In this document: piece after piece, positions 1 through 14,307 of the stretch
Position numbering within the stretch: position 1 is the stretch's first letter
How the letters are laid out: every line of letters starts with the position of its first letter
Assembly: GCF_000143415.4 (NCBI RefSeq)
Contig: NW_003314303.1
Location: 57,772 to 121,771, forward strand
Length of the DNA: 64,000 nt
Source: Selaginella moellendorffii
Lineage: Eukaryota > Plantae > Lycopodiophyta
Reading direction: 5' to 3'
Translations under genes and position numbers: made by a program
Notes under the pieces: generated by a model
The model's input: the letters and a program-made list of their open reading frames with translations, nothing else
Database searches by the model: none
What the model was told of the DNA's origin: nothing

Positions 1-3000
1 GTGTTAGTCTCATTTCGGTCCTAAATGCTATTTATAGAAAGTGTTTAAATTTGCTCATTTGGCATATCTACAGAATGTAGAGGTTGGCCTGAACACAATG
101 GTGTTCGTCCCGTGTCCAAATTTGCATTTTAGTGCCATTCCATATTTAGTAAGTTTCAAGTTTGTCCTAGAGACTAACTCCTGATACTAAAGGAGGCTTG
201 GGGTGAAAGCACAAAACGTGTGTTCCTCAAGATGGGGGGGGGGGGGGATGTGGGGGGTTCCAAATGTATAGTAGGGATAGTGGGTGGGTTGGGTATGGCT
301 AACTAACCTGAGGCATAGTTTAGCTCCCACTTGCGTGTCTATTCTTGTTTTGCGTCTGGCTTGGGTTTAAGCCCAAGTTTCATTCCATGCTAGTTGGTGG
401 AGTACCCATGTCCTCACGTTAGGCCACCGGTATGCTGAAATAGCGCCAGACTTCATTTGGCTCTGTTTTGCGTGCTAGTCCTGACATTAGGATGCTGGTT
501 ACTCTAGAACTGTTCCAAGTTGCTCCATGCCTCTGTCCCTTCGCTCTTTGGGCTATATGCTTGAGAGTTGCTCTATGGTTCGGTTCTATCACTCCCTGGC
601 TCCATGCTTGGGAGTTTGGCACCGTTCCTTCGTTTAGTGGCCTAAGGCCTTGAAACTCGGGTTCCACACCACTGTTCTTTGGACATGTGGCATGTGACAT
701 GTGGCATCTATCACGTGGCACAAAGAGGGTTTAGGTTCCACTTCGTGGTGTTATCCTATGGTAAATCACTATAGGATAAAGGGTCAAAACCACGTGCGCT
801 ACATTTGGTATTAGAGGATGAGTCTCGGTGAGTACTATCCAATGAGATTGGGCAACTAGTCTCATTGTATACGCAGAGATGAAAATGATGATCCGAGTGA
901 GTACACATTTGGTTGCAAAGGCTTTTCAATGATTCCTTAGGTATGTATTTTGGTTAGCTTTTATACTGTAATAATATGAGTTTGCTATAAGATGGATTTG
1001 AGATGCTCCGTTTGCACGAGTTTGTGCTTGGGCTCGTGAGTGAGGCACATTAGCACGAGTTTGCCTTTGGGCTCATGAGTGAGGCACATTAGCAACTCAA
1101 GGTTGCACTTTGAGCTGGCAGGATTAATGTTAGCCTATTAGTGGTTCCATGAGTTATTCCATGTACTAAGGGTAAAAAGTAAACCTTCTCTGGGTTTGTT
1201 ATGAGTGGTAAAAATGCTAATCCGTAGCTATTTAGCATGGCACTAGTGGATCCTTCCTAGGCATGATTTCAAGTGGATCAACCAAGATTGTACAGATTAG
1301 TCAATTGGTTTAAGTAGTCATTGCCGTGCTCTCTTATAAACTTTTCTTGGATTGGACTGAAGGCAGTGCAAAAGCAAACTTGAGGTTTGGTCAAAGATGA
1401 GGCCGAAAAGAGAGTTGTTAGGGATGAAGGATCAAACATGTAAATCATTTTCTCTTCTTGGAGAAATAATTTGCAATGAGGAGTTAATTCATTGTTCGTG
1501 TTCACATTATGCAATCAAGAGTCCCTATCTTGGTGCATATTGGTTATGATGGTCTTACAAGTGGTGAGTCATGGGATGGATAACAGTGAAGCACTAAACC
1601 CTTTTGTCTAGGTTTGCTATTGAAGACTTGGGTTGCAATGCTTAATTCTTTTCAGGAGAACCTTGCTATTGCTCCTTGAGTAATTTGGTGTTGAATTAGT
1701 GTTGAGTTTGGTTAGAGAGAGAGTAGCATGAGTTTGTCCGTGTTATAAACAAAAGTTAGTGGTATTGAGTGTTATAAATCTCTATCGGTGGGGTGTGGCA
1801 TTTATGTTGCATTTTGTCGAATCAATTTGACATTTGATACTCACATAAACCTTTGAAGTAATGATATTGGCATTGCTCATAGTGTATCTTGATTGATGAT
1901 CAAGTCATTGTGATTTTATATCATATCCATATGATAGTGAGTAATATGTTTACGAAGTTGCTTGGTTATTGATGATCAACCCCAAAGTGGTTGATAGTGA
2001 AGCTAATTTACTTACATAAAGTAGCATTGTATTAGCTTTGACTAGATTCTCGATAGTGGTCCATTATGCTAAGCTTAATATGGTTCCTTATTTCCTAGGA
2101 GTTTGTCCATTAAGGTGTTGAAAAAGGGTTGTAGCATTCATTTGTTATAGCTTATTAGTTAATTCGTTAACACTTGGAGTAGATTGTTGGATGGAGAAGA
2201 TGTGTAGTTAAGGCATTGACATCATTAGCACTTGTGTTGGTGAAAGTGGCATTGTTATTTCGAGTGATGAGGAATTCTCCTTAGACCTTGATTTTCCATG
2301 TCATTTTTCTTGTTAGTGTTTAAGCTTCACATTGGATCTTGAAGGTGATTGAAAAGGAGTGTTAGTGCAATGTGGATATTCAAAGATGTGGTCTTCGTGA
2401 TCAAGCCTTAGATGTTCATTTTGCATTTTACGGATGTCGGTGTTGGATATCGGAAAAATGGGCAAAGATGTTCGATGTTTAAGCATATTGATGGATTATG
2501 AGAATTTGTGTTGAGGTGAACCTATGTGAAGTAGTAGGTAGGAGGAAGTTGGTTGAGTCTTGAAAATTTGCATTCTTGAATTGAGAGTCATTTTTTCTCT
2601 AGGATGGAAAATTTTTCACAAATTTTCTTAGGCTTTTCCAGTGGCTGAACTGTTGATCATTTTGCCCGAAAACTATTCCGTTTTCGTAAACCAGTACAAA
2701 CTATTGAAAGGGTTAGAGTTGACTTTGGTTGGCTTAGACCTTAGTAAATAGTTTGTATGATACAGCCCGAAAGGGATGCTGACTTTTGGGGCTAAGGCAA
2801 TTGAGTTGGATAGAGTCTAGAGTTGGTATAGAAAAGTGGCCGTTGCACTTTTCTAAGAAAGGTGACTCTTGTGCTTTTCTTTTGTAGCATTATGCTCAGT
2901 GGTAGGTTGCACCTTACATTTTGTTAAGACTCTATGAGAGTAGTGAGCTCTTACTGATCTTGACTTGGTCTTGGTGGCCTTGCGCCTTGGCTAAGGATGA

Positions 3001-3077
3001 TGATGTTTAACTTAGTTGTTTGAGGTTGATATGTTGGTACCCGTACTATAGTTTTATCTATGAGGAGGTTGTGTACT

Positions 3078-6000
3078 TGTCATGAATGTGACTTCGGGTA
3101 TCGAAAGATACTTGTCGGCCAGTCTTTACGGGCACTTGTCCCTTACTGCCATGATGGCAGGAGGTCGGTACTATTGGTTCCCATCATTAGCCCCTCTTGT
3201 CCAAGTGTTAATAAACTGGGCTTAGCATCTGTACTTAGCCAAATGGACATAAGGTAGGAACTCCTATGTGTTTCTAGCTGAGCATTTTTGGCCTAGCTTT
3301 TAATTCTCTTTTGCTCTGTCTTGCATTGGCTTAGCAAGAACCCTCGTGTATTGAGACTAGTCCTTCAATATTGCTGGATGATAGCTTACCGTGTCTGCCA
3401 AACACCCTCACTATCACGCCCTTTGCGTTGGTTTCATTTCGGTCCCAAATGCTATTTATGGAAAGTGTCAAGATTCGCTCATTTGGCATGTCTACAAAAT
3501 GTAGAGGTCGGCCTGAACACAATGGTGTTTTTCCCGTGTCCAAATTCGCAATTTCGGGACATTCCATATTTAGTAAGTTTCGAGCTTGTCCCAAAGACTA
3601 ACTCCTGGTACTAAGGGAAGCTTGGGATGAAAGCCCAAAGCTTATGTTCCTCAGGGGGGGGGATATAGGGGGTTCCAAATGTATAGTAGGGATAGTGGTT
3701 GGAATGCATGTCCAACCATCTGAGACATTAGTTTGGCTCCTGCTAGGCTGTGTCACTCCTTGTTCTGCGTCCAGCTTGGGTCTAAGCCCAAGCTCCACAC
3801 TGCTCTAGTCGGTGGGGTACCCTCCTCCTCGTGTTATGCCACCAATATGCCAAAATTGTGCCAGAATCCGTCTGACACCATTTTGCGTGCATGTGCTAGA
3901 TATGAGGAGCTGGTGCCTGTGGGATTGTACCGGACCCTCATCCCATAGCACAACAGGCTTGGAGTTCAGCTCCAAATTCATGTGCACTACATTTGGTCAC
4001 TTGCTTGCCGAAGTCCAAGGGTTATGATACTTTGATGGTGGTTATGCATCGGTTGTCAAAGATTGCACACTTCATTCCAACTGTAGGAATAGTGAATGCG
4101 AAACAAGCAACAAAGCTCTTTTTCCATAAAGCAGTTTGGGTTCGTGGTCTTCCCAAAGAGATGATCTTGGATAGATATTCGAGATTTACAGGGAAATTTT
4201 GGGGCACACTGTTCCAACTGTTTGGTACCAAATTGAAGTTTAGTACAGCTTATCATCCTCAAACTGATGGGTAGACTGAATGTGTGAATGCTCAAGTTGA
4301 GGATTATCTGCAGTACTATGTCGCGGTAGACCAACGCGACTGGGTTGAGCATTTGGATACAGCAGAAATTTGTTATAACAACACATTTTATAGTGCTATT
4401 GGCTATTCTCCATAGGAGATGCTGCAAGGGAATGCTCGTGGGGTCCCTCAACAAATTGTTGTACCAAAACCAATGTCCGAAATGTTAGTCTCGGCCACTG
4501 AGACTTATACGAAGCAGCTAGGCCAAGGTTAGTCTAGAGCTACTAAGGTGATGTGCAAAGTTCAAGATAGGTATCAATGTGATAAGGATTAGCATCGTTA
4601 GGATGTATCCTATCAAGTAGGAGATCAAGTATGGTTATCTTCCCGGAACTTGAGTGTTAAGGGATCTTTATTTCAGAAATTGCTACCAAGATATGTTGGA
4701 CCTTAGTGGGTGTTGAGACGAGTTGGTGATGTATCTTGTACGTGCCAAACATCAAGAGTATCTCATTAATGGAAAGGTTATCCAACTTGTGAATCAACTT
4801 AGGAGCCTCTTAGTAATCTTACACATGCTTGTGAGCTTGTCACAGAGTATGAGAATCGTAATACAGATTAGCTTTTGTAAATCTTGTAATAAATCTTGCA
4901 AATTAATAAAGTAATATCTTTCTATAAATCAAATTGTCATTTCTCTCGTTTGTTAATACTTGAGTCAGTTTTGGCAGGTTGACTTCGACACTTTGGTGCA
5001 TGGGTTCAATCTAGAACCATGGGGATAACTATTATAGACTAATCATAAGTCCTCGCCTCTCTCTTGATGCCTAATTTTTGAAACGGGGTGTGGTCGTGTA
5101 AACAACTTAATCTGCCAATTTATGATAGTTGTCTAAATCATCTTGACGGGGTTGATTTCTTGCTCAGGGGAAGTTGGGCCTCTGGCCTTCTCCCTATATC
5201 CCTGCGGGCAGGGATGTATCATTCTTTTGTAAGCCGAGTGGTACTCGGAGCAAATAAGGGTGGCTAACTCCGTTAGTCATTTCTTTGTCGGTGACGGCCG
5301 GAGGGTGTCTGAGTCTTAACATCTTTAGACGTAGAGGAAAGGTTGTTCTATAACTCATTTAAGTTGATGTGTTTCCCACATAGTGTGCTTTTTGTTAACT
5401 TTCAGAGTTGTTTCCTTGATGGTTTGCTAGACTCGGGTATGCATCGACGAGGACGTCGATCTTCCCCAAGGAGGGGAGAGTGTTGCAAATGTGACTTTGG
5501 GTATTAAAAGATATTTGTCGGCCAGTCCTTACAGGCACTTTTCCCTTACTACCATGACGGCAAGAGGTCAGTACTGCTGGTTCCCATCATTAGCCCCTCT
5601 TGTCCAAGTGTTAGTAAACTGGGCTTAACATCTGTACTTAGCCAAATGGACATAAGGTAGGAACTCCTATGTGTTTCTAGCTAAGCATTCTCGGCCTGGA
5701 TTTTAGTTCTCTTTTGCTCTATCTTGCACTAGTTTAGCAAGAACCCTCGCATATTGAGACTAGTCCCTCAATATCGTTGGATGATAGCTTACCATGTCTG
5801 CCAAACACCCTCGCTATCACACCCTTTGTGTTAGTCCCAAATGCTATTTATGGAAAGTGTCAAGATTCACTCATTTGGCATGTTTACGGAATGTAGAGGT
5901 TGGCCTGAACACAATGGTGTTCATCCCGTGTCCAAATTTGCAATTTAGGGACATTCCTTATTTAGTAAGTTTCGAGCTTGTCCCAGAGACTAACTCTGGG

Positions 6001-6391
6001 TACTAAGGGAGGCTTAGTGTGAAAGCCCAAAGCATATGTTCCTCAAGGGGGGGGGCTATAGGGGGTTCCAAATGTATAATAGGGATAGTGGTTGGAATGT
6101 ATGTCCAACTATCTGAGACATTAGTTTGGCTCCTGCTAGGCTGTGTCACTCCTTGTTCTGCGTCCAGCTTGGGTCTAAGCCCAAGCTCCACACTACTCTA
6201 GTTGGTGGGGTACCCTCCTCCTCGTGTTATGCCACCAATATGCCATAATTGTGCCAGAATCTGTCTGACACCATTTTGCGTATAGGTGCTGGATATGGGG
6301 AGCTGGTGCTTGTGGGATTGTACCAGACCCTGGACCTTCGTCCTGTAGTGCAACGGGCTTGGAGTTTAGCTCCAAATTCAGGTGCGCTACA
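3078..6391 (+). mobile_element. Nested, internally deleted Gypsy LTR element B (related to family A)
   Basis: LTRs 3078-3991 and 5481-6391 (TG...CA). PPT AAGGAGGGGAGAG 5468-5480. TSD GTACT (3073-3077) / GTACC (6392-6396). The pre-PPT region 4975-5480 is homologous to 8630-9140. Confidence 0.9.
3993..4740 (+). pseudogene. Gypsy integrase remnant (core and GPY/F region) with in-frame stops
   Basis: Translation VTCLPKSKGYDTLMVVMHRLSKIAHFIPT...FSTAYHPQTDG*TECVN...DQRDWVEHL...YNN, then KLLPRYVGP. Confidence 0.9.
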
Positions 6392-9300
6392 GTACCGATA
6401 TGAGTCCATCTCATGGTCTTCACTTTAGTTTCGACTGAGTGTTGATCGCATAGCTAGCCTCTTCAAGGCATGCTTAGAGCTAGTGGCTAAATGTTTTAGT
6501 GAGCTTATTGTGGTTGAGTTGGATTCAAGTGGTTATTTAGTTTGTGCTTGTTTATGAACTTTTATCTTGTACCTAGGGTATTACATTCATGTTGGACAAG
6601 TATGTGACTCAATGACATGAGTTCAGTGTTCAGGTTTTGTGAAGGCAAGTTGAAGGTGATTGTTAGTTGCTTTGCAACTAGTGATTACTTGTAGACTTTG
6701 CTAAGGACTGTTGACACTTGCTTCACTCGTTGTTGATTTAGTAGTGATAGGCTTGCTTTGCCAGATGGTGTTGCGGAAGATCATGTTGTTAGACTTACAT
6801 GGGTTTTTCATGTTGGCATGTTGACTCTACCTTTGTCAATATCATTTGGTTGCATTTAGTTCGTAGTGTTGGATTTCATTGAGTCTTGGATGTAGTGATT
6901 CACTCTTTAATGAAGTGTTATCTATAGTTGAGTATTGTTAAAGGTTTAGTCTCGAATACTGACTAAAGTATCTTCGACTTTGGTTAGCTTAGTTGCTAAA
7001 GAGTTCGAGTGGTGATTCACTCTTGTTTTCTTTTAGCTTTGTCATAGTGTTGATGGCATTGAAATGATGCTTTATCATTGATATTGTTGATATTGAGATT
7101 CAAATGCAATGAGATGTCTCTCCGTAGGATTGATATTGAGTTTCATTAGTCTTGATGAAGAAAGTGTTGATGATTTAGCTATAACTTTGTGTTATTGGCA
7201 TTTGTGCATTTGCTAGTTAGCAACTGTATTAATGTTCAAATGAACTGAATAGCAAGTTGAGGTAGTTGTGTTCTAGACGAAATTTTTTATTAGGGGTTGA
7301 GATTTGAGCTTTTCCTTGAAAAATGATTTAGTCATGGACCATGTTAACTCTACAAGTGGAAAAATTAGTGATCGATGTTAGAATGTTTGAATCCTTATTG
7401 GATTTGAATTGAAATATATTGATCATTGATGATTCTTCTTGTGTTTGTTATGAAGTGACTTACGTCTTGCTATAAATGGATTCATGGAGGATCCTTTAGT
7501 GATCACTTGTTGAGCATAACTTTGTTATGCTTAGCTTTTAGATTGATGCAAACATGCTCTTCATTAACTTTGGCATTATGAAGTTTAACTTATGGATGTG
7601 TTGAGGAGGATATTATGGGTTGTACCATGATTTCTTCTTTAACATTGAAGTTAGTTCATACAAGACTTGTGATTATTATAGACAAAGACTTAGCTATAGA
7701 CTTCTTTAATCTTTTGGTTTTTTGAGTTTTATATTCATTGTTTTGTTTGTTAGAATTTGTTGGGGAAGGCATTTTTTGCTTATTAGCTTTGATATTGAAG
7801 TTGGCTTTCGCATCTAACAATCATTGGTGATGATTGACTATCATTTAGGATAATTGATTATCCTTGTCAAAAGATTTTTTCTTGAATATTATTGATATAA
7901 AATGATTTGCCATTCTATGGGATGGTAGATTCTTTCTTTAATGATGATTATATATCTCTTTATTGATGGGATGATTGATGATCTTTCATGATGGTTAATT
8001 GTTCTCTTTGATGGCTTATAACTTTTTGCAATACCACATATTCTTTGTGGTTTGCTTTGGATTGGTCTCTTGGGTTTGAGATATTGGTAAAATATTGCTG
8101 ATGCTTGCTTAAGCAACTTTGGTTCCTTGGTATTGTTGACCAGGATCTATTCAGATTGGCTAGTGTGATAATTGGCATGAATGAGTGTTTGTTAATCTTA
8201 CCATATTCATTCTGTTCTGTTGATTATTGCTCGAGTTAATTCTGATAGATTAGGATGTTATTTCCTTCGGGTGATATATTTGCGAGTATTTTCCTTGTCA
8301 GTCAATGATACTTTGTGTTCTTTGAGCTATCTTTTGTAAGTTTTTTGGCATGCTATTTACAATATTTGGTAGTTAAGTTTTCTCATTGAGTTTCCTTGAT
8401 AATACACTAGCTATTGAATTTTGTTAGATGGTGAAACCTATGTTTTCCAACGGTAGTGATCTTGGTGGTTCCTATACTCTAATATTGGTTTATGGGATGA
8501 TAACTTACTTGGAATACTTTCGTGTTCTAATCTAAGCTTTATTTATTGATAATTAAATTTCTAAGATATCATTGTCTATAACTTTGATATAGTCCATATA
8601 TTGATCTTTGAGTTTGGGCTAGTATAGACAAACTGGCTTCAGCACTTCGTGTGCATGGTGAAATCTCTAGTCACGGGGTAGCTACTGTTGACTAGTCACA
8701 TCACCCACCTCTCTATGGTAAGGTTTAGATAGACTACTGTAAACAGGCAGTTAAAGTTGTTTACACGGTCAAGCCCTTTTAACAGAATAAGGAACACCGA
8801 ACAGATTTGGTTTCATTACTCAGGAGGGTTGGGGCCTCTGGCTTCTCTCTCTATGCCACCTATGGGCAGGGGCATATCACACTTTTGTAAGTTGGGTGAC
8901 ACCCAGAGCAGCAAGGGTGGCTAACTCCATTAGTCATTTCCTTGTCGGTGATGGCCGGATGGTGTCTAAGCTAGTAGCGCATCCGCGTTAGGCAAAGAGG
9001 TTACTTCCTAACTCATTTAAGTTGGTGCATTTCTCACATAGTGTGAATACTGTGAACTTTTTCTAGAGTTGTTTCCTTAGCAGTATTCTAGACTCGAGTA
9101 TAAATCGATAAGGATGTCGATCTTCCCTAGGGAGGGAGAGTATCACGAATGTGACTTTAGGTATCAAAAGTTACCTGTTGGCCAGTCCTTACGAACACTC
9201 TTTCCTTACTGCCACGATGGCAGGAGGTTAGTATTGCTAGACCCTTTATCAGCCCCTCTTGTTCAAGTGTTAGTAAACTAGGCTTAGCACCTGTACTTAG

Positions 9301-10877
9301 CTAGATGGACATAAGGTAGGAACTCCTATATGTTTCTAGCTGAGCATACTCGGCTTGGCTCTTAGTTCTCTTTTGCTATGTCTTACACTAGCTTGACAAG
9401 AACCTTCGCATATTAAGATTAGTCCCTTAATATCGCTAGATGATAGCTTACCGTGTCTGCCAAACACCCTCGTTATCATGCCCTTTGTGTTGGTCTCATT
9501 TTGGTCCCAAATGCAATTTATGTAAAGTGTTTAAATTTGCTCATTTGGCATATCTACGAAATGTAGAGGTTGGCTTGAACACAATGGTGTTTGTCCCGTG
9601 TTCAAATTTGCATTCTAGCGCCACTGGTGGAGTACCCATGTCCTTGCGTTAAGCCACCAGTATGCTGAAATAGCGCCAAACTCCGTTTGGCTCCGTTTTG
9701 CGTGCTAGTCTTGGCATTGGGATGTTGGTTACTCTAGGACTATTCCAAGTTGCTACATGCCCCTGTCCTTTCGCTCCTTGGGCTATATGCTCAGGAGTTG
9801 CTCCGTGGTTCAATTCTGTCACTCCTTGGCTCCATGCTTGGGAGTTTGGCACCGTTCCTTTGTTTAGTAGCCCAAGGCCCTGAAACTTAGGTTCCACACC
9901 ACTGTCCTTTGGACATGTGGCATGTGACACGTGGCATTTGTCATGTGGCACAAAGAGGGTTTAGGTTTTGCTTCGTGGTGTTATCCTATAGTAAATCACC
10001 ATAGGATAAAAGGTCAAAACCATGTGCGCTATAGGAAGCTTATTGCCAAAAAATTTGGAAGCATAGATAGCTACATATCTTTAATAGAAAAACTAGTGTG
10101 GTGTTTTACAACAATTATAAGCTCTCCTCAGTTTCCTATCAAGTTTCTCCAATGGTTGAGCAAATGGTGCCTACCTTGACATTTTCTAAGCTCCCAATTC
10201 TTTTCCCAGAATTCATTTCAGACGATGAACCCTCAAATGTTGAGTGCAACATGGTCAACTTGCTAGACTTTGAGTGGAGCACCATTTGATATTCAACTCT
10301 CTATGACTTAGAGAAGATTGCATCATCATTGGCATCCCAATATGCAGAAGAAAATGTTGTTGAAGATAACGCATTCACCACAAAAGTAGCAATTGAGTAG
10401 AAGAAGAGCACATAGTCACTCCAAGCACTAACAGATGATCCACAAAGCAAAGCATTCTCATTAGCATCTCTTGGGAGTATGACCACCACAACACCTCAAT
10501 GGAGATTCCAATTGAGACAAAGCTAGATTCACAATCTCTAGATGTCATTCATACTCAACCCTACACAATTGTGCTTTTAGAGGATATGGCTTGCAGCCTT
10601 TTAACATCTTTTGGATCTTGTATCCATCAACCTATTTATGATGTGCTCATCTTTTATTTAGAAGAAAACCTCCAAAGCACATGTATTTCATCATGTGATC
10701 TTGTGTGTGATGTGCACCATAGAAGAAACACCTATGATAGCAATTCTTCCTCATACTTTAGTGTACAATTCTCTTGCACCTCTTGGAAAAACATTGTCCA
10801 CCAGTACATAGCAACTAGATGGCATTCCTGGACAATAAAAGATTGCTATTTCTTTACATGGGAAAGGTGGAAGTCAC

Positions 10878-10986
10878 ATTTTTCCAATCAGTTAAGGGTC
10901 TTGGGGTATTTGGGATTAAGTGTTCTTGGGTTTAAATAATATTAGGTTAAATGACTTTTTAGGAAATATAAATTCATGAGTTTACA
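10878..10986 (+). repeat. Cassandra-like LTR fragment (3' half, 5S-like segment)
   Basis: Homologous to 45050-45174 and ends ...GAGTTTACA. Confidence 0.7.
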
Positions 10987-13900
10987 TTAACAACTTTGTT
11001 CCAATAGTAGCTCAATTTGGTCCACTACCACCACAAGATATTATCTAGGTTGTGACTTCTAACACTCACTACTGCATCCTTAGTGGGTAACACCATTTCA
11101 CTTGACTGTCAAATCCCCTAGAACAACTCAAGAGAAGTTCAATAGTTAGGAGCTAGTCCTCTTCACCATTCTAGAGCTCTCAGCCTTTCACCACACACTA
11201 GTGTTTCACACTCGTTCATGGAGATGTGGTTGTCACCCTCGAACTCACACGACACCTTGAGTGGGAGGATAAGTTGACTATACTTTGAGGCATCTCTAGC
11301 CTGCTTCAAGATGCTCTTCATCCACTAGGACCAAGCTACAGCATGGTGTCTTCCAGCATAGACCAAGCTCACTACCACTTTCTTAAATGCTTCACACGGT
11401 GACTCTTTTTTTTTCTTGTTCTTGTTCTTTCTTTGTTCTTCTCTTTTTCCATTCTTTCACTTTTTTTTGTCATTTCTAGGATTTTGGCCACTATGAAGTA
11501 GTCTCTTGCTTGGATCCCAGTTCTCAGGGTTGCATTAATCTTGTTCGTCTGGGAGCCCAAAGTGTTGAGAGGGAAGTGTCTCAACAATGGATAGAACATT
11601 TTCTCATACTTTAAAATCCTGCTCAAATATTTCTCTTGTGTGAACTCCCTACCCTAGAAAATGGTGAAGAAGGGGAATATACCCCTACACCTAGCATCTC
11701 ATGCCTATAGAATATTTTGATAGTGGAATATTCTACAGAATTTTACTCAAAGCTCAAAGCTATTTTCTAAAAGGCAATCATGAGGGAATGCACTAGCTCT
11801 GTCATGTATGAGAACCCACAACCAAAGTTTTGGTGAAAACTCCAAGGTGATGCCCTATGTTGGTAACTGCTGTGAGGAGAAGAGACCAAAGAAAAGAGAA
11901 AAGAAGAAAGAGAGTGTAGATTTAGAGTCAAGGAGAAACCACATGGAAAAACTTGATGAAAGAATTAAACACTAGACCAAGAAAAGACTAAGTGGAAAAA
12001 TGAAAAATGAAAATGAAACAAAGAAAAGAAAAGAGAAAAAGAAAAACAAAGGAAAAATAGAAAATAGAAGATAAAGTTATGAAACCAAGTAGGAAAACTA
12101 CTTATCAAACTCCAATATAAAGACTTTTGACTTCTAGAAAATGCCTCAAATATAGCCTAGCTTCTCTCAAAATTCCAAGGGAATAAAGTGATGGAAGTGA
12201 ATATATTGCCTAGGAACAATAACTACAAATGTGATGGAAGACAACAGCCTAACAAATAAATGGTGGAAGATAGGCATGAGTGATTTAAATAGAGTGATAA
12301 TGGAGGGGATCTGGCTTGAAGTGGTTGGCAGCATGTGTGCTCGTCGTGGAAGAAGAAGAGGCTTGCAATCTTTGTGGGCATCTATTGGGATCATTGTGTT
12401 CTGCAGCTGTAGAAATGTAGGATTGGGTAAAATGTTGGCCCATAGTAATACTTAGTCTCCAGGTCCAACTGGCTCTCAAAAATTAGGTGTTTTGGATTTT
12501 CCCATACTTGCTGCATCAAAATAGTCTACATCATATCTTAAGTTTGGGAAGTTAGGTTTTGCTGCTTCTTGGTGTGTCTACTATATATGATTATGATGAA
12601 TATAGTGATGTAATAGGATCCCCATGGTGAGAAAAAGTGAAGAAATGTGAACCAAGCAACTATAGTGAGTGGTAAACAATGGTGTAGCAAGTAACAGAAT
12701 AAATGGATTATGATTGTGAATAATAGAAAGTGATGATAACTATAGATAGAATGAAACTATGTAAAGAAAATTTATGAATTGTGAGTGGTTGTTTCACCTT
12801 GGGAATACCATCTAAAACAAAGAAAAAAAGTGAATAAATTTGGAAAAGGAAAGTGAAAAGAAAGGAAAGAAGAAAATAAGGAAAGATCTAACAATATAAG
12901 AAGTTTGAAGAACCCTCTTTCAGTGAGAGAGCCTATGCCAAAAGGTCATAAAGAGTTATGAAGGAGGCTGGAGATGCTACAAAGTCTAGTTGTGTCACCT
13001 TGTAATATGTGATGTCGTGTAGGCCAAAAGTGAGTAGTATTGCCAATATGATGAAATCTGGAGCTCGGTTGTGTGTCACAACTTATAGAGCCTTAGAGCA
13101 TGGAAGGAAGAATCTCCAAAGTAGTGAACTCAATTGAAAGCACTCACAAGAATCCGGTGGTTAAGTGAAGTGTTAGTGGCTATAGAAAATGCCCATGATC
13201 ATTGTAGGTGATGCCACGATTAGTATCATATGGCTAGAGAGGTTTAGTGTGATGTCCCAAGGCTAGGGTAGCTTCTAAAAAGAGCTAGGCTGGTGGTGGA
13301 AAAAAAGTGCTACTTTCACCACATTTGGTGAGTAGATAATTTGCAAGCTTTTGGCTTGCATGCACCTTGTCTATTTGTTGTGTTAGAGCATTGTGGACCA
13401 TGGTGGAGGGTTGGAGATAGTCTAGAGGAAAAATCATGGCTAGAAATAATCTCTAAGTCACTATATACTCTCATCATCGCTCACAAAATAATACAGTAAA
13501 GTATATGTGATTTGAAGATTTTCTTGTAAAGGCATAGTTAGTACAACATCACAAACTTCTTGATGGATATCAACTCCAAGGGAGGAAGAGAAATCATGCT
13601 CCATAGTTACAAACTCCCTAGGCAATGTGAATGCAAATGATATTACATTAATCTCTAGTGAAGTGGTCTTATTTGGTGGCTAAGGTTGCATCTTTACCTC
13701 ATGTGATGGACCTTATGCTCCACAAGCTCAAGAGCTATTGATTGTACCCAAAAACTCATATAGATTTCGCTTCTATTGATAGAGTTACATGGAATCTCCA
13801 AGCCAAGAAGAACTAGATCTAGCACCTTGGCTGTGTGAGAATATGTTGTAAAGTTTACTCTTGTGTCCTTGCATGAGGATTGTCTCAAGAAAGTTGTGCT

Positions 13901-14152
13901 TCAAAGCCACCCCTAAAACTATGTTCTCCTTGAAGTTTAGCATTTGTGGAATCTTGAGAATCTTGCCTGGATCTTTTACCTCCTTGAGACCAAGTGAGCA
14001 CGATGATGTAGAGTGGATAGAGGAAAAGTTGAGGGACAAGGTTGTCTAGTTTGTGTGTAAAAAATTAATCATGTTGCATCGCAAAGACTGAGACTCCATC
14101 GTCGTGTTGGCAAGTGATGAGGAAGCAATGGATTAGTGTGGACAGGAGCTTG

Positions 14153-14307
14153 TGTAAGCAACCAAAGAGAATGACTTGAAAAAAAATTCATAAAAGTTCA
14201 AATATAAAGGGAAAGGGCTTATAAAAAAAAGTGTACTCCATTTTTTAATCGGTTAAAAATCTTGGGATACTTGGGGTTAAATGTCCTTGGGTTTAAATAA
14301 TACTGGG
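14153..14307 (+). repeat. Cassandra-like LTR fragment (5' part)
   Basis: Starts TGTAAGCAACCAAAGAGAA and aligns with 44400 and 44962. Includes GGTTAAATGTCCTTGGG...TAATACTGG (5S A-box/IE-like). Confidence 0.7.

Larger units (their letters stand above)
1..10033 (+). mobile_element. Ty3/Gypsy-family LTR retrotransposon A, non-autonomous or decayed (5' LTR truncated by window edge), interrupted by nested relative B
   Basis: 5' LTR ends ...GTGCGCTACA at 803, followed by PBS TGGTATTAGAG (806-816, decayed tRNA-iMet type). PPT GGAGGGAGAG 9131-9140. 3' LTR 9141-10033 is homologous to 1-803 but lacks ~250 bp near 9625. No gag/pol ORF is recognisable in 804-3077 or 6392-9140. Confidence 0.85.

Noticed and set aside
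6400-8600. Possible extra gene carried inside element A
   Set aside because: Strand-biased composition but no sustained frame or motif I could identify. An HMM search would be needed.
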